DNA of 64,000 bases from sequence record OQ921725.1. The stretch is one strand, 5' to 3'. Positions 25,869-35,131 of this stretch are shown in pieces (the stretch's first letter is position 1; the number at the start of each line of letters is the position of its first letter). Under the pieces are notes generated by a model, which saw only the letters and a program-made list of their open reading frames with translations, ran no database searches and had not been told where the DNA came from. Both the position numbers and the translations under genes were made by a program.

Positions 25869-26144
25869 CTACTTGGGCTTTGCCATCTGTTCCTGGATGA
25901 GCTTCACGGCCACGATGTCACCGATCTGCTCGGCCAGGCACAGCAGAGCCTGAACCGCCTGCGTCTCGGTGAGGGCCACGATCATTCCCTCCGGCGAGTC
26001 CTCCGCCGGAACCAGAACGTCGGTGCCGTCGACCATGACGAAGCTCTCCACCAGCACCGGCCGGTACCCGTACCGGTCGTCCTCGTCCAGGTCAGCCAGG
26101 GCATCCGTCACCTTGGCCTTGTGATCGATCTCGCTGTGGTGCAT
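25869..26144 (-). CDS. hypothetical acidic protein
   Basis: GGAGGAGAA RBS before ATG 26144. Confidence 0.7.
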   Translation of the reverse strand: MHHSEIDHKAKVTDALADLDEDDRYGYRPVLVESFVMVDGTDVLVPAEDSPEGMIVALTETQAVQALLCLAEQIGDIVAVKLIQEQMAKPK

Positions 26145-26210
26145 TTCTCCTCCAGTTCCGTGAGGTCCCACGGCGAAGGCCCGGCCGCAGCCGGACCCCA
26201 CCGAAGCGCC

Positions 26211-26600
26211 TCATGCAGTTCCGCTGATCTTCGCCTTCTTCACCGGGTCACACACGTGCGCCGCCGCCGCCTCGATCAGTGAGTACAGCCGGGGATCCTG
26301 ATCCCCCCAGGTGATGTTCGTGTCGCACGCCTCGCACACCGTGGACGCGTCGGCCGTGTAGATCTGGAAGTTCGGCAGGTTCTGCACGAGCTTCAGCACG
26401 GCTTCCAGGTCCCGGCGGTCCACGGCGTACATCCGGTACGGCCAGCCCGGGGAGACGAACTCCTGTGAGCTTCCGATCTGGCTCGCCACGCTCACGTCGT
26501 CCGGGTACTGCTCCAGCCAGAGCTGCATGCGCCGAACCGCAGCCTGAATGTCCTTGCCCGGCCAGAAGTCCGGGTTCTTGCTGTCAGGGTCGTCGCTCAC
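26211..26600 (-). CDS. hypothetical protein
   Basis: GTG 26600 coupled; CEAC motif. Confidence 0.7.
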   Translation of the reverse strand: MSDDPDSKNPDFWPGKDIQAAVRRMQLWLEQYPDDVSVASQIGSSQEFVSPGWPYRMYAVDRRDLEAVLKLVQNLPNFQIYTADASTVCEACDTNITWGDQDPRLYSLIEAAAAHVCDPVKKAKISGTA

Positions 26601-26917
26601 TTGTCCACCTTCTCCTCTTCCCGAAGCGGCCGGATCTCCGAGTGGAGCGCCGCCTGTCGGACCAGCATCGCCAACGGCTGAACTCCCGCCGTGGCCAGGC
26701 CCATCAAGTTCGTGGCGTACCGGTGCTCGAAACCCCGGCCGAGCAGCTTCGTCAGCACCTCCGAGCGCACCGCCGGGGCGGCTCCGGGGAGCCGCCGCAG
26801 CAAGGCGTACAGGTGAAGGAACTCGTCCCACTCCAGGCAGGACTGCGGCGGGCACTGGCCGGTCGTCAGCTCGATCCGCAGCAGCTCCATGCGGGGTGTG
26901 TTGCTGACCAGCTTCAC
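26597..26917 (-). CDS. hypothetical protein
   Basis: GTG 26917 coupled. Confidence 0.65.
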   Translation of the reverse strand: MKLVSNTPRMELLRIELTTGQCPPQSCLEWDEFLHLYALLRRLPGAAPAVRSEVLTKLLGRGFEHRYATNLMGLATAGVQPLAMLVRQAALHSEIRPLREEEKVDK

Positions 26918-27519
26918 TCCTGCTCGTCCTTCCCGTTGTCGATCACCAGAACGTTCGGGTCCCAGCCGCCGTCGTTGCGGTCGACGTAGCAGGCGACCGA
27001 GGTGACGGACTGCCCGCGCGTCACGACCCGGGCCGGAGCCAGCACTGAACCGACGTAGTAGCCCTTCCGGGCATCGTTGCGGATCTTCACCTTGTCGTTC
27101 TGAGCCTTCGACTCGTTGAAGGTCTCGCCCGTGCGGTTCCCGTCGGCGTCCAGCAGGGACCAGAAGGACCCGTACTGGCCGTACACCTCCCGCGCCGGAA
27201 TCAGGTTGCCCTCCAGGTCGAAGAGGGCCGCGAAGACCCACATGCCGCCGTTCTCGGCGATGTCGGCCTGGATCCGGTACTTGTCGGCGTTGATCCCGCT
27301 CGCCCACTGCGAAAGGGCACCGTCGGTGTCGCACCGGTCGAACGAGTCGCGCGACTCCTGCTCCCGCTTGCGGGCCAGGTCTCGCAGCTCCTCGGCCTTC
27401 TGCCGGGCGGCCTTCACGTCGTATTCGAAGCCCACCTGAGCGGCGTACGGCAGGTTCAGGCCCATCTCCTCGGCCATCTCCTTCGCCAGCGCCGTCTCCT
27501 CTTCGCGGGTCATTGCCAT
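26914..27519 (-). CDS. conserved actinophage-type hypothetical protein
   Basis: ES.DSFDRCDTDG.LSQWASG motif. Confidence 0.75.
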   Translation of the reverse strand: MAMTREEETALAKEMAEEMGLNLPYAAQVGFEYDVKAARQKAEELRDLARKREQESRDSFDRCDTDGALSQWASGINADKYRIQADIAENGGMWVFAALFDLEGNLIPAREVYGQYGSFWSLLDADGNRTGETFNESKAQNDKVKIRNDARKGYYVGSVLAPARVVTRGQSVTSVACYVDRNDGGWDPNVLVIDNGKDEQE

Positions 27520-27539
27520 GTCTTCTCCAGTTCCGGTGA

Positions 27540-27737
27540 TCAGTTGATCGTGAAAGACCCGAGGGTGACGGACTTCGCTCCCTTGTCGGCGAGCGTTTCC
27601 ACCACCAGGTCGGGGTTCTTGGCGAAGTTCTCCCGGTCGATCTCCGCCCGCTCCCCAGGCGTGTTCGCCCCGGGGTACAGGTCCGGGTCGACCTCGTACT
27701 CGAAGACGACGGTGACCCGGATGATCTCCTTGCTCAT
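27540..27737 (-). CDS. hypothetical protein
   Basis: ATG 27737 coupled. Confidence 0.65.
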   Translation of the reverse strand: MSKEIIRVTVVFEYEVDPDLYPGANTPGERAEIDRENFAKNPDLVVETLADKGAKSVTLGSFTIN

Positions 27738-28195
27738 ACCGTCGCCTCCGGCGCATCGAGTCCGTAGGCGTAGACCACGGAGAAGTTGTCGGCCAGCCAG
27801 AACTTCACCCGGCTGGCCACCAGCGCCTTCGGCAGGCCGCCGAGCCCGCAACCGAGTGCGGGCAGTGCGACCGAGATCAGGCCCGTGGTGTCCAGGTACG
27901 TGGCCAGTCCCGAGAGGCCGAGATCGATGTCTTCGATCCGGGAGTTGTCCCGCCAGTGCCGCTTGGTTGCGATGCTCAGGATCCGGCGGCCGTCCGGAAG
28001 GACTGCGTCGTGCACCAGGCCGGGCTTCATGCGGCCCTCCCGGCAGAAGGTGACGTACTCCCCGACCTGCGCGGGCCAGCGGTCCCGGAACTGCCGGGCC
28101 AGCCCGGCGCCCGGCACCCCGACGCAGTTGACCGGGTTGACCAGCCCCTGAGCCTGCGAATCCAGCAAGTTCCCCTGCGTCCAGATCAGTGGCAT
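27734..28195 (-). CDS. macrodomain ADP-ribosylhydrolase (DarG/TARG1-like)
   Basis: GNLLD..AQGLVNPVNCVGV.GAGLA.QF...P...IATK.HWR..S..E.I..GL...ALPALGCGLGGL. Confidence 0.9.
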   Translation of the reverse strand: MPLIWTQGNLLDSQAQGLVNPVNCVGVPGAGLARQFRDRWPAQVGEYVTFCREGRMKPGLVHDAVLPDGRRILSIATKRHWRDNSRIEDIDLGLSGLATYLDTTGLISVALPALGCGLGGLPKALVASRVKFWLADNFSVVYAYGLDAPEATV

Positions 28196-28196
28196 G

Positions 28197-28397
28197 TCAC
28201 TTCTCCGTGATGCGCAGGAGACGCCGGGCCGGGATCTTCCGGAGCCTCCCGGCGCCGAAGTCCAGCACGATCATGCCGTCTTCACCGAACCGGTACCCCT
28301 CCAGGCTGCCGTACCCGAAGGCGGTCCCCAGGTGCTCCGGGGGGCCGCCGGTCTCGTATGCCTCGCCGTCCTCGAACTCAATCCGAACTTCCGCCAT
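28197..28397 (-). CDS. hypothetical protein
   Basis: TGATG coupling. Confidence 0.65.
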   Translation of the reverse strand: MAEVRIEFEDGEAYETGGPPEHLGTAFGYGSLEGYRFGEDGMIVLDFGAGRLRKIPARRLLRITEK

Positions 28398-28717
28398 CAG
28401 GCATCCACCTTCCATGTGTCGACGCTGGCCTCGCTCAGCATCTCCATCCAGTCGCCGATCACGATCATCCAGTGACCCTCGATCGTCAGGCCCGGGTCCT
28501 CGGCGTGAAGACCGAAGCCCTTGTTCCGGGGCGCCCTCACCATCGGGCCCATCCGGTACGAGGCGACTGGCCGTAGGCCGTGCGGCGTGTGCCGCTGCAC
28601 GTCGACCAGGCTGGAGTACGTGAATCGCCCGGTGTCGGACTCCCGGTGGAGGGTGATGTGCAGCAGCGTCCCGTCCTGTGCCGGTACGTCGATCGCTGCG
28701 TTGTCGGGGTGGTTCAC
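28397..28717 (-). CDS. hypothetical protein
   Basis: GTG 28717 coupled. Confidence 0.65.
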   Translation of the reverse strand: MNHPDNAAIDVPAQDGTLLHITLHRESDTGRFTYSSLVDVQRHTPHGLRPVASYRMGPMVRAPRNKGFGLHAEDPGLTIEGHWMIVIGDWMEMLSEASVDTWKVDA

Positions 28718-28998
28718 GAGGGCTCCATCCTCTTCGTCTCCATGCGGCCCGACGCCAGGCTGCGCTCCAGGATCACGGCGTACCGGATCCGGTCGTCCTG
28801 CCTGCGGCCGTACGTGGTGGCGATCAGCGCCGCCTGCTTGCTGGTGTGCTGCTCCAGGAGGAGTCGGTGATCGCCGTCCCAGCGCAAGCACAGGGACTTG
28901 TCCGTCAGCTCCTCGCGAAGACTGTCCCAGCGTTCGCGGTCGCCGCTCCATGAAGCCCGTAACTCATCGGCCAGGGCTTCGAATTCGTCCTCGCTCAC
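28714..28998 (-). CDS. hypothetical protein
   Basis: GGGAGAG RBS before GTG 28998. Confidence 0.65.
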   Translation of the reverse strand: MSEDEFEALADELRASWSGDRERWDSLREELTDKSLCLRWDGDHRLLLEQHTSKQAALIATTYGRRQDDRIRYAVILERSLASGRMETKRMEPS

Positions 28999-29014
28999 GT
29001 CTCTCCCATCCGAA

Positions 29015-29058
29015 TGGCCTAGGTCAAAGACGATACGCAGAAGGGGCCCCGGCCGCAA
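29015..29058 (-). promoter_or_regulatory. promoter TTGCGG-N17-TATCGT plus operator
   Basis: TGGCCTAGGTCA at 29015-29026, 3 nt downstream of the -10. Confidence 0.65.
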
Positions 29059-29071
29059 CCGGAGCCCCTTC
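29040..29071 (-). terminator. hairpin overlapping the downstream promoter
   Basis: GAAGGGGC.CCGG / CCGG.GCCCCTTC. Confidence 0.65.
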
Positions 29072-29086
29072 TCTGTGACCTGTGGG

Positions 29087-29308
29087 TCAGACGGCCTTGA
29101 GCGCGGCCAGGGCCACGCTGATCGCGGGCTCCTCACCGGCCCGGATGGCGCGCTCCATCTCGCGGTGGAACTCGGCGTCGGCCGTCTCGGGGTCGGCCTC
29201 GATCTTGTCGGAGAGCATGCCCGACACCCAGCTCAGGCTGCTCTCGGGCAGTCCCGGGAACTTCGAGCTGATCTGGCTGCGGACTTCGGCACGGCTGGGA
29301 AGCAGCAT
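29087..29308 (-). CDS. hypothetical protein (paralog of 29407-29649)
   Basis: AGGAGAAG RBS. Confidence 0.7.
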   Translation of the reverse strand: MLLPSRAEVRSQISSKFPGLPESSLSWVSGMLSDKIEADPETADAEFHREMERAIRAGEEPAISVALAALKAV

Positions 29309-29406
29309 GGTGTGTTCTTCTCCTGTTCCGGATCTTTCTGACGGCCATCGTCAGGCGGGACTTCCACTCGTCCCACGACCCCCTCTCAGGGGTTTCGGCC
29401 TCGGAG

Positions 29407-29649
29407 TCAGATCTTGAACCCTCGCCGGGCGGCGGCGACGACCATGCGGATGGCGTCCTCGTTGCCCGCCCGGACCTCCTTGTCGAGCGCGTTGAAGAGC
29501 AGGTCGTCGGAACGGTCCGGCGCCTCGTGCCAGGTGCGCACCATCAGCTCGGACATCCACGTGATGGTGCTCTGCGGGAGGTCCGAGAAGATGATCGCCA
29601 GACCCACGGCGATGTTCTCGGCGACGGGAACCTCGGTCTCTGCGTTCAC
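29407..29649 (-). CDS. hypothetical protein (paralog of 29087-29308)
   Basis: GTG 29649 coupled. Confidence 0.7.
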   Translation of the reverse strand: MNAETEVPVAENIAVGLAIIFSDLPQSTITWMSELMVRTWHEAPDRSDDLLFNALDKEVRAGNEDAIRMVVAAARRGFKI

Positions 29650-30128
29650 TTCTTCTCCTGTTCCTGGTGCCACTTCTTGCGGGCCTCGTTGACCCGCTCT
29701 TCCGCCTCCGCCAGCTCGGCGGCCAGGCGGTAGATGTCGGCCAGTCCCTCGCTGTTGAGGGAGCTGTGGCCGATCAGGCTCCGAACCGCCATGTAGGCGG
29801 CCGTCACCGAGAAGCATCCCGGGCTACGGGTGCACGGCTTGTGCGTGCCCCGGTCGAGCTGGCCGAGGTCCCGGCGCAGTTCCTCCGACAGCTTCAGCCG
29901 GTACCGGGCCTTCCGTTCCGGGGTGGCGCGCTCCTGGAGCACTTCGGCGTGGGGGTGGTTCGGGTCGATGACCCAGCCCCTGCGCTCGATGTACTCCCGC
30001 TGGCTCTCGATGTACCGGGTGATGATCTGCCGCATCGCCGGGTAGGCCCGGTTCCACAGGTCGGCCAGGTGCTCGGCGTCGGCATAGCTGAAGTGTCCCG
30101 TCTCGTGGACGAGGTCGGCGTCCAGCAT
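29646..30128 (-). CDS. hypothetical protein
   Basis: ORF, GC3 bias. Confidence 0.7.
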   Translation of the reverse strand: MLDADLVHETGHFSYADAEHLADLWNRAYPAMRQIITRYIESQREYIERRGWVIDPNHPHAEVLQERATPERKARYRLKLSEELRRDLGQLDRGTHKPCTRSPGCFSVTAAYMAVRSLIGHSSLNSEGLADIYRLAAELAEAEERVNEARKKWHQEQEKK

Positions 30129-30129
30129 G

Positions 30130-30960
30130 TCAGTAGACGTTCAGGCTGCCGGAGGACTTCTTCGTCCTGATGTCCAGGTCGGTGCGCCCCCGCGTTCCGC
30201 TGATGTTGGCCGACCCGGAGGAGACCCGGACGTCGATGGTGCCGCTGGCGGCCCGGCCGACGTTCAGGTTCATGCTGCCGGAGGAGACTCGCAGCTTGGC
30301 GTGGGAACCGGTGTACTCGCCGATGTTCAGGCTGCCGGACGACGCCTTGGCCTCGATTCCCTCCGTCACCCGGCCGATCCCGAACGAGCCCGAAGACAGT
30401 TCGACGAGGGCCTTGCCGACCGAACCGTGCACGTCGATCGAACCGGAGGACAGGTCACCCTCGATGCCGACGAGGTCGCCGTGCACGTCGAGCAGACCGG
30501 AGCCCAGGTCGGCCCGGATGCCGGACTGCCGGGGCAGCGTGACCTCGACCCGGACCATGTCCTCCCCGGAGCCGGAGCCGCCGATCACCGTGGCCCCCCT
30601 GCCGACCGACACGAAGGAGACGCTGCCGGAGAAGACCATCCGGCTGTTGCCGCCCTGGATCACGGTCGGCGGGACCTGGAAGTCCGGCACCTTCACGGTC
30701 AGTGTGCTGCCGGACAGGTAGATCTTCGTCTTGCGGACGGCGTCGATCACCGACTGCACCGTGGACCGGGTGTAGACCCGGACCGAGGCGAAGTCGACGG
30801 CGTCCACCGTCACGGTGCCGTGGATCGAGTCACCCGAGATGTCCAGCAGGACCGGGCCGGAGTGCTGACCCTTCCCGGAGAACGACTGGTCCGGCAGGCC
30901 GTCCCGCTTGCTCAGCTCCGCTCCGGAGCCGCCGCCCTCGTACTTGCTGATCTCGCCCAT
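30130..30960 (-). CDS. DUF4097-like beta-strand-repeat protein
   Basis: Repeated ..SSGS(I/L/M/F).(I/V) units, VRVEVTLPRQSG. Confidence 0.75.
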   Translation of the reverse strand: MGEISKYEGGGSGAELSKRDGLPDQSFSGKGQHSGPVLLDISGDSIHGTVTVDAVDFASVRVYTRSTVQSVIDAVRKTKIYLSGSTLTVKVPDFQVPPTVIQGGNSRMVFSGSVSFVSVGRGATVIGGSGSGEDMVRVEVTLPRQSGIRADLGSGLLDVHGDLVGIEGDLSSGSIDVHGSVGKALVELSSGSFGIGRVTEGIEAKASSGSLNIGEYTGSHAKLRVSSGSMNLNVGRAASGTIDVRVSSGSANISGTRGRTDLDIRTKKSSGSLNVY

Positions 30961-30992
30961 GTTCTTCCTCTCCCTCTCCGTGTCTTCCGGTC

Positions 30993-31289
30993 TCAGATCT
31001 CGTCGTAGCGGCGTTCGTAGGCGATGGCGTTGTCCAGCGCCTCCTGCGGGTCCATGCCCGAGGTGACGCCCTCGTAGAAGCCGTCCTTGTTCTCGGTGCC
31101 GAGCTTCTTCAGCACGGCCACCAGCGCCTCGTTCACGTGGTGGTACGGGGTGCCGCCATTGCGGCCGTCCTGGATGACCAGGTCGTACTCGTCGATCACG
31201 TTCCACTTGTAGAGCAGGTCGGCCAGTTCCTTGGCCGCCGCCAGCAGGTGGATCGTGCGCATGTTCAGCTTCTCGTCCTGGGTGGTCAT
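30993..31289 (-). CDS. hypothetical protein
   Basis: GGAAAGGGGAAG RBS. Confidence 0.7.
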   Translation of the reverse strand: MTTQDEKLNMRTIHLLAAAKELADLLYKWNVIDEYDLVIQDGRNGGTPYHHVNEALVAVLKKLGTENKDGFYEGVTSGMDPQEALDNAIAYERRYDEI

Positions 31290-31390
31290 GCCGTCTTCCC
31301 CTTTCCGGCCGCCCTCCGGCGGTCGATCTCGGTCTTCTTCATGGCGATCAGCGCCACGACCCCGGCGAACGCCCGGATCACTTCAGGCAT
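31286..31390 (-). CDS. 34-aa peptide (not in ORF track)
   Basis: MPEVIRAFAGVVALIAMKKTEIDRRRAAGKGKTA; coupled on both sides. Confidence 0.5.
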   Translation of the reverse strand: MPEVIRAFAGVVALIAMKKTEIDRRRAAGKGKTA

Positions 31391-31709
31391 GCGCCACACC
31401 CTTCTTGCCCTGCTCGATGATCTGCTGCATCAGCTCCAGCCCGGTCCGCTCGCCCGCCGTGCTGGGGTTCATTGCCCGGCCGAAGCGGGCCGCCTCGTAG
31501 AACGACTCCAGCGCCCGCCACTCGACGGTCACCGTGATCAGGCATGAGCCGTCACACTCCGGCCAGGTGCAGTGCCTGCCGTGCGCCCCCGGCGACCGCC
31601 GGGGGTACGGCTCCTGCTCTTCCGGCTCGGGCGGCGGCGGGCAGGTGCAGGGGTCGCTCCCGATCCCCGTGCAGCAGGTGCCGCCGCAGCCCCGGCATCC
31701 GTAGCTCAC
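31383..31709 (-). CDS. Cys-rich hypothetical protein
   Basis: CRGCGGTCC....CTC and HC..PEC..SC. Confidence 0.7.
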   Translation of the reverse strand: MSYGCRGCGGTCCTGIGSDPCTCPPPPEPEEQEPYPRRSPGAHGRHCTWPECDGSCLITVTVEWRALESFYEAARFGRAMNPSTAGERTGLELMQQIIEQGKKGVAHA

Positions 31710-32131
31710 TGGACACGCGCCGGTTCGTGAGCCCGGCACCATGGGACGCCGGGGCAGGCCGAGAAGGCGATCCCCTTGCCGAACCTCGGCTTCACGGGGC
31801 TGTCGTGCTCGGAGCAGAGCATGACCGGCGGGAAGAAGCCGTCCCACTCGTCGCTCTCCGGGTCGAAGCCGTCCAGGACGCCGTTCACGGCCGCCAGGAT
31901 CGCCTTACCGGCGTCACTGTCGGCGCTCAGGCCCTTCTTGGCCATCGCCCTGCGCCAGGCCGCCACGGCTTCCCTCATGGCCGCCTCGGCGATCCTGCGC
32001 TGGTACTCCAGGATGCTGTCGTGACAGAACAGCTCCCGGATCACCGCGTTCATCTCCCGGGGGTCGGCGAACGAGCCCGGAGTCCGGACCTTCACCTCTC
32101 CCCAGCCGTCGGTGTTCAGCGGCTCGCCCAT
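31706..32131 (-). CDS. hypothetical protein
   Basis: C-terminal C..H....C.G..WC. Confidence 0.7.
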   Translation of the reverse strand: MGEPLNTDGWGEVKVRTPGSFADPREMNAVIRELFCHDSILEYQRRIAEAAMREAVAAWRRAMAKKGLSADSDAGKAILAAVNGVLDGFDPESDEWDGFFPPVMLCSEHDSPVKPRFGKGIAFSACPGVPWCRAHEPARVQ

Positions 32132-32151
32132 CACTCTTCCCCTCTCCTGGT

Positions 32152-32487
32152 CTACAGCGCCGACTTGGCGACGCGGATCATGCGGTCGAACGATTCCGGG
32201 GTCATGAGCCCAGCGTTCGTCCAGAGCACCGGGTGACCGGCCATCGCCTCGGTGATGACCTGGCGAGTGATCGGAACACGCTTGCCGGTCCCGATCTCCA
32301 GCAGGTCGATCCCGCCGATGTACGTGTCGTACAGATCGGCCCGACGTACGAACTCGTCGATCGTCTCGTCGTCGATCCGGCGGATGCCGGTTCCACCCGT
32401 GAGGTACACGATGGCCGACTGCTCGGGGCTCATCGGATCCGGCAGCGGGATCGTCTCGCCGTTGCTGGTCTCGAAGTACGCTCGCAT
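32152..32487 (-). CDS. hypothetical protein (paralog of 40229-40582)
   Basis: DEFVRRADLY motif; GGAAGGGGAAG RBS. Confidence 0.75.
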   Translation of the reverse strand: MRAYFETSNGETIPLPDPMSPEQSAIVYLTGGTGIRRIDDETIDEFVRRADLYDTYIGGIDLLEIGTGKRVPITRQVITEAMAGHPVLWTNAGLMTPESFDRMIRVAKSAL

Positions 32488-32570
32488 CTCTTCCCCTTCC
32501 GATTCCCTGCCCGGCGGCAGTACGGCAGACGCACGGACCAGAGCCCGTGCGCCGCCGAGCCGAAGCCGGA

Positions 32571-32948
32571 TCAGCCCTGCTGTACCTCCCGGCGAACCCG
32601 CATGCGGTCCCGCCGGATCTCCTGGTAGTGCGCCGCCAGGAGTTCGCTCATGAAGACCAGGCAGTGCGAGACCATCCGGGACTTCTCGGTGAACTCGCCG
32701 TCTCGGTCGGCGCTCCAGTAGGTGGCGCCGCCCAGCTCGTCGAGCAGGTGGTCCAGGTACCGCCTTGTGACCATGTACCGGCACCAGTCCCGGCTGCCGC
32801 CGTTGCAGACCAGCTCCTCGGTCGGAGCCCCGGGGATGTCGGCCCAGCCGTCCCAGGTGCCGGGGTGGCCGGACCACTCCTCGACCCGGCCGACGTTCGT
32901 CCCCGAGCGCGGGATCTGCACCGTGCCCGGATCGCTGACCATCACCAT
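32571..32948 (-). CDS. hypothetical protein
   Basis: ORF, RBS. Confidence 0.7.
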   Translation of the reverse strand: MVMVSDPGTVQIPRSGTNVGRVEEWSGHPGTWDGWADIPGAPTEELVCNGGSRDWCRYMVTRRYLDHLLDELGGATYWSADRDGEFTEKSRMVSHCLVFMSELLAAHYQEIRRDRMRVRREVQQG

Positions 32949-32952
32949 CGGA

Positions 32953-33495
32953 TCACTTCCCCTGGGCTTCCCAGTGGGCGTTCTCGGCGGCGTGGATCTG
33001 GTCGCCGAACGCCTTGCCGACGGCCCACGCCTCGTCGTACCGGTTGTTGAAGTAGTGGTCGGCGACCTGCGAGGCGATGTGCACCGTGGCGACCGTGAGC
33101 GAGGACCAGTTGAAGGCCCAGAAGGCGCCGCCCTGGTGCGGCAGCAGCTTCTCGTTCGTGGTGTAGCCGAGGGAGCAGAACGTGGTGGCGAACCGCTCGC
33201 ACTGGTTGCTGTCGTCGACCTGGTAGAAGGGGCGGGTCGCGATCTTCTTGCCCCAGATCGAGCCGTTGTCGATGTGCAGGATCTGGCGCTTGCTGGTGTG
33301 GTCCTCCATCGGGACCGGGAAGTCGGTCCCCTCCGGGTAGAACGTGACCAGCCCGCTCAGTTCCGGCTCGATGGACATCGCCAGGATCCAGCCGCCCTTA
33401 CGGGCACGGGGCTTCTTGCTCTGCGGCATCTCCGCGTACGGCCACGCTGACGTCTTCCGGACTCCCTTGAGCGGGGTCGTGATGCGTGCACCCAT
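32953..33495 (-). CDS. hypothetical protein
   Basis: AAGGAGAAG RBS before ATG 33495. Confidence 0.75.
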   Translation of the reverse strand: MGARITTPLKGVRKTSAWPYAEMPQSKKPRARKGGWILAMSIEPELSGLVTFYPEGTDFPVPMEDHTSKRQILHIDNGSIWGKKIATRPFYQVDDSNQCERFATTFCSLGYTTNEKLLPHQGGAFWAFNWSSLTVATVHIASQVADHYFNNRYDEAWAVGKAFGDQIHAAENAHWEAQGK

Positions 33496-33606
33496 CGTGA
33501 TCTTCTCCTTGTTCCCGGTCCCGTGCGTTGCGGTAGTCGTCACCCCAGCGGCCCGCCAGGCGGCCCGAGAGGGTGGTCGTGCGGCTCCCGGCGTTCAGCC
33601 AGGAGG

Positions 33607-33834
33607 TCAGCCAGGATGCCTCGAACTCGTCGGCGAGGCGTACAGCCCGGTCCTCGTCCGGTTCTCGGCGGTGGGATCCTCGTCCCCGTACCGGTCCATC
33701 TCGGTCCGGAACTCCGACGACATCACCTGCTGCTCGATCAGGCTCAGGTCGTTCCAGTCCGGTCTTCGCCCAGCTCGGGCGATGGATTCCCGCCACAGCG
33801 CATCGAACTCCTTCGCCCTGTCGGCGGAGTTCAC
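33607..33834 (-). CDS. hypothetical protein
   Basis: GTGA coupling. Confidence 0.65.
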   Translation of the reverse strand: MNSADRAKEFDALWRESIARAGRRPDWNDLSLIEQQVMSSEFRTEMDRYGDEDPTAENRTRTGLYASPTSSRHPG

Positions 33835-33977
33835 GACTGCGGGTGCGGCTTGGAGCCGTCCTTGCGCTTTTCCAGTGGGCGGGTGTGCTTGGCGTCGTCG
33901 CTGCTGCTCATCTCGTGCCTCCTCGGCGGCTTGCTGCGGTCGGTGGGATCCCTCTCGGGCATCCTCTCCTCGTTCAC
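33831..33977 (-). CDS. possible small basic protein (not in ORF track)
   Basis: Fills the gap with GTGA overlaps on both sides. Confidence 0.4.
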   Translation of the reverse strand: MNEERMPERDPTDRSKPPRRHEMSSSDDAKHTRPLEKRKDGSKPHPQS

Positions 33978-34282
33978 GGGCGCTGCACCAGCATGAGCGA
34001 GACGAACATGCTGGCCGTCACATTGGGAACCAGCTCACCGTCGTCGGCCAGCACCTCCCATCCGCCCTTGGTGCCGACCTCGGTGATCCGGCCCCGGTAG
34101 AAGGTGCCGTGCTCCTCGCGGACCGCGACCCTCACGATCCGGTCCGAGTAGTCGTTGGCAGCCGCCCAGACGGCCGAGACGACCTCCTGGTTGACGGGGG
34201 AGCGGAACTCCTCGAACTGCTCCAGGGTGTCGGCAGCCTGCTTCAACTCGGTGGCCAGGCGGCCGATGTGGGTCTGCGTCAT
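33974..34282 (-). CDS. hypothetical protein
   Basis: GAGAAGG RBS before ATG 34282. Confidence 0.7.
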   Translation of the reverse strand: MTQTHIGRLATELKQAADTLEQFEEFRSPVNQEVVSAVWAAANDYSDRIVRVAVREEHGTFYRGRITEVGTKGGWEVLADDGELVPNVTASMFVSLMLVQRP

Positions 34283-34403
34283 CAGTCCTTCTCGCTTTCC
34301 GTCTTCTCTTTCGGCTCGATCCAGAACGGATCGGCCTCCGTACCGCAGATACATGCTCCCGGTGGGCAGTAGCACCCCTCTTCCCACCAGCGGCGCTGCT
34401 CCG

Positions 34404-34754
34404 TCACGACGTCCTCTTGTGCCGGACGATCAGACAGTTCCACTGGTCCGGGCCGTCCTCGTCGTTGCGGCTCACGTCGTACCGGGCCTTCAGGTTCCGC
34501 TCGTAGTCCGCGAGCACCTTCTGTGTGTACTTCAGCAGGCCCTCGGCGTCCCCGCCGAACCTGAACCGGGCCATCGTGTGATAGCCGGGCTCGAACTCGA
34601 CGACCACCCAGTCCGTCGGCCGCAGTCCCTCACCCAGGGCCCGGCGTACCGTGAACCCGGCCGTGATGCCGGTCGGCCCGGGACCCACACGCTGGGACCG
34701 GTTGAAGCGCTCCCCCAGGAAGCGACTGACGGCTGCTGCGGACGGGGCGCTCAT
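34404..34754 (-). CDS. hypothetical protein
   Basis: ATGA coupling. Confidence 0.7.
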   Translation of the reverse strand: MSAPSAAAVSRFLGERFNRSQRVGPGPTGITAGFTVRRALGEGLRPTDWVVVEFEPGYHTMARFRFGGDAEGLLKYTQKVLADYERNLKARYDVSRNDEDGPDQWNCLIVRHKRTS

Positions 34755-35116
34755 ACCTGGTACCCCTGCATCTCCGGAAAGGCGGCCAGGACGATATCCA
34801 TGAGCCAGCCCCGGGCCGTCTTCGCCTCGTCGGCGCTCAGGCCCTCGGACCAGGTGCCCAGGTTGGTGCCCCAGTACATCAGCTCGTCCTTGTAGATGCG
34901 GACGATCTCCTGCTGAGTCAGGGAGTCCGGGAGGTTGGCCGGTCGCTCGTTCCAGTCGACGTCGGTCTCGTTGCGCAGGAAGTTCTCGCCGAGTCCGTCG
35001 ACCAGCTCGTGAGCTTCAAGCTGGAGCGGAACCGACACCTCGATCCATGCCGACGGCCGCTCCCTGGGGGTCCCCTTGGCGTAGATCCCCTTGTGCACCC
35101 TGATGTCCCTGCCCAC
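34751..35116 (-). CDS. hypothetical acidic protein
   Basis: GAAGGAGAAG RBS. Confidence 0.75.
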   Translation of the reverse strand: MGRDIRVHKGIYAKGTPRERPSAWIEVSVPLQLEAHELVDGLGENFLRNETDVDWNERPANLPDSLTQQEIVRIYKDELMYWGTNLGTWSEGLSADEAKTARGWLMDIVLAAFPEMQGYQV

Positions 35117-35131
35117 CCGTCTTCTCCTTCT

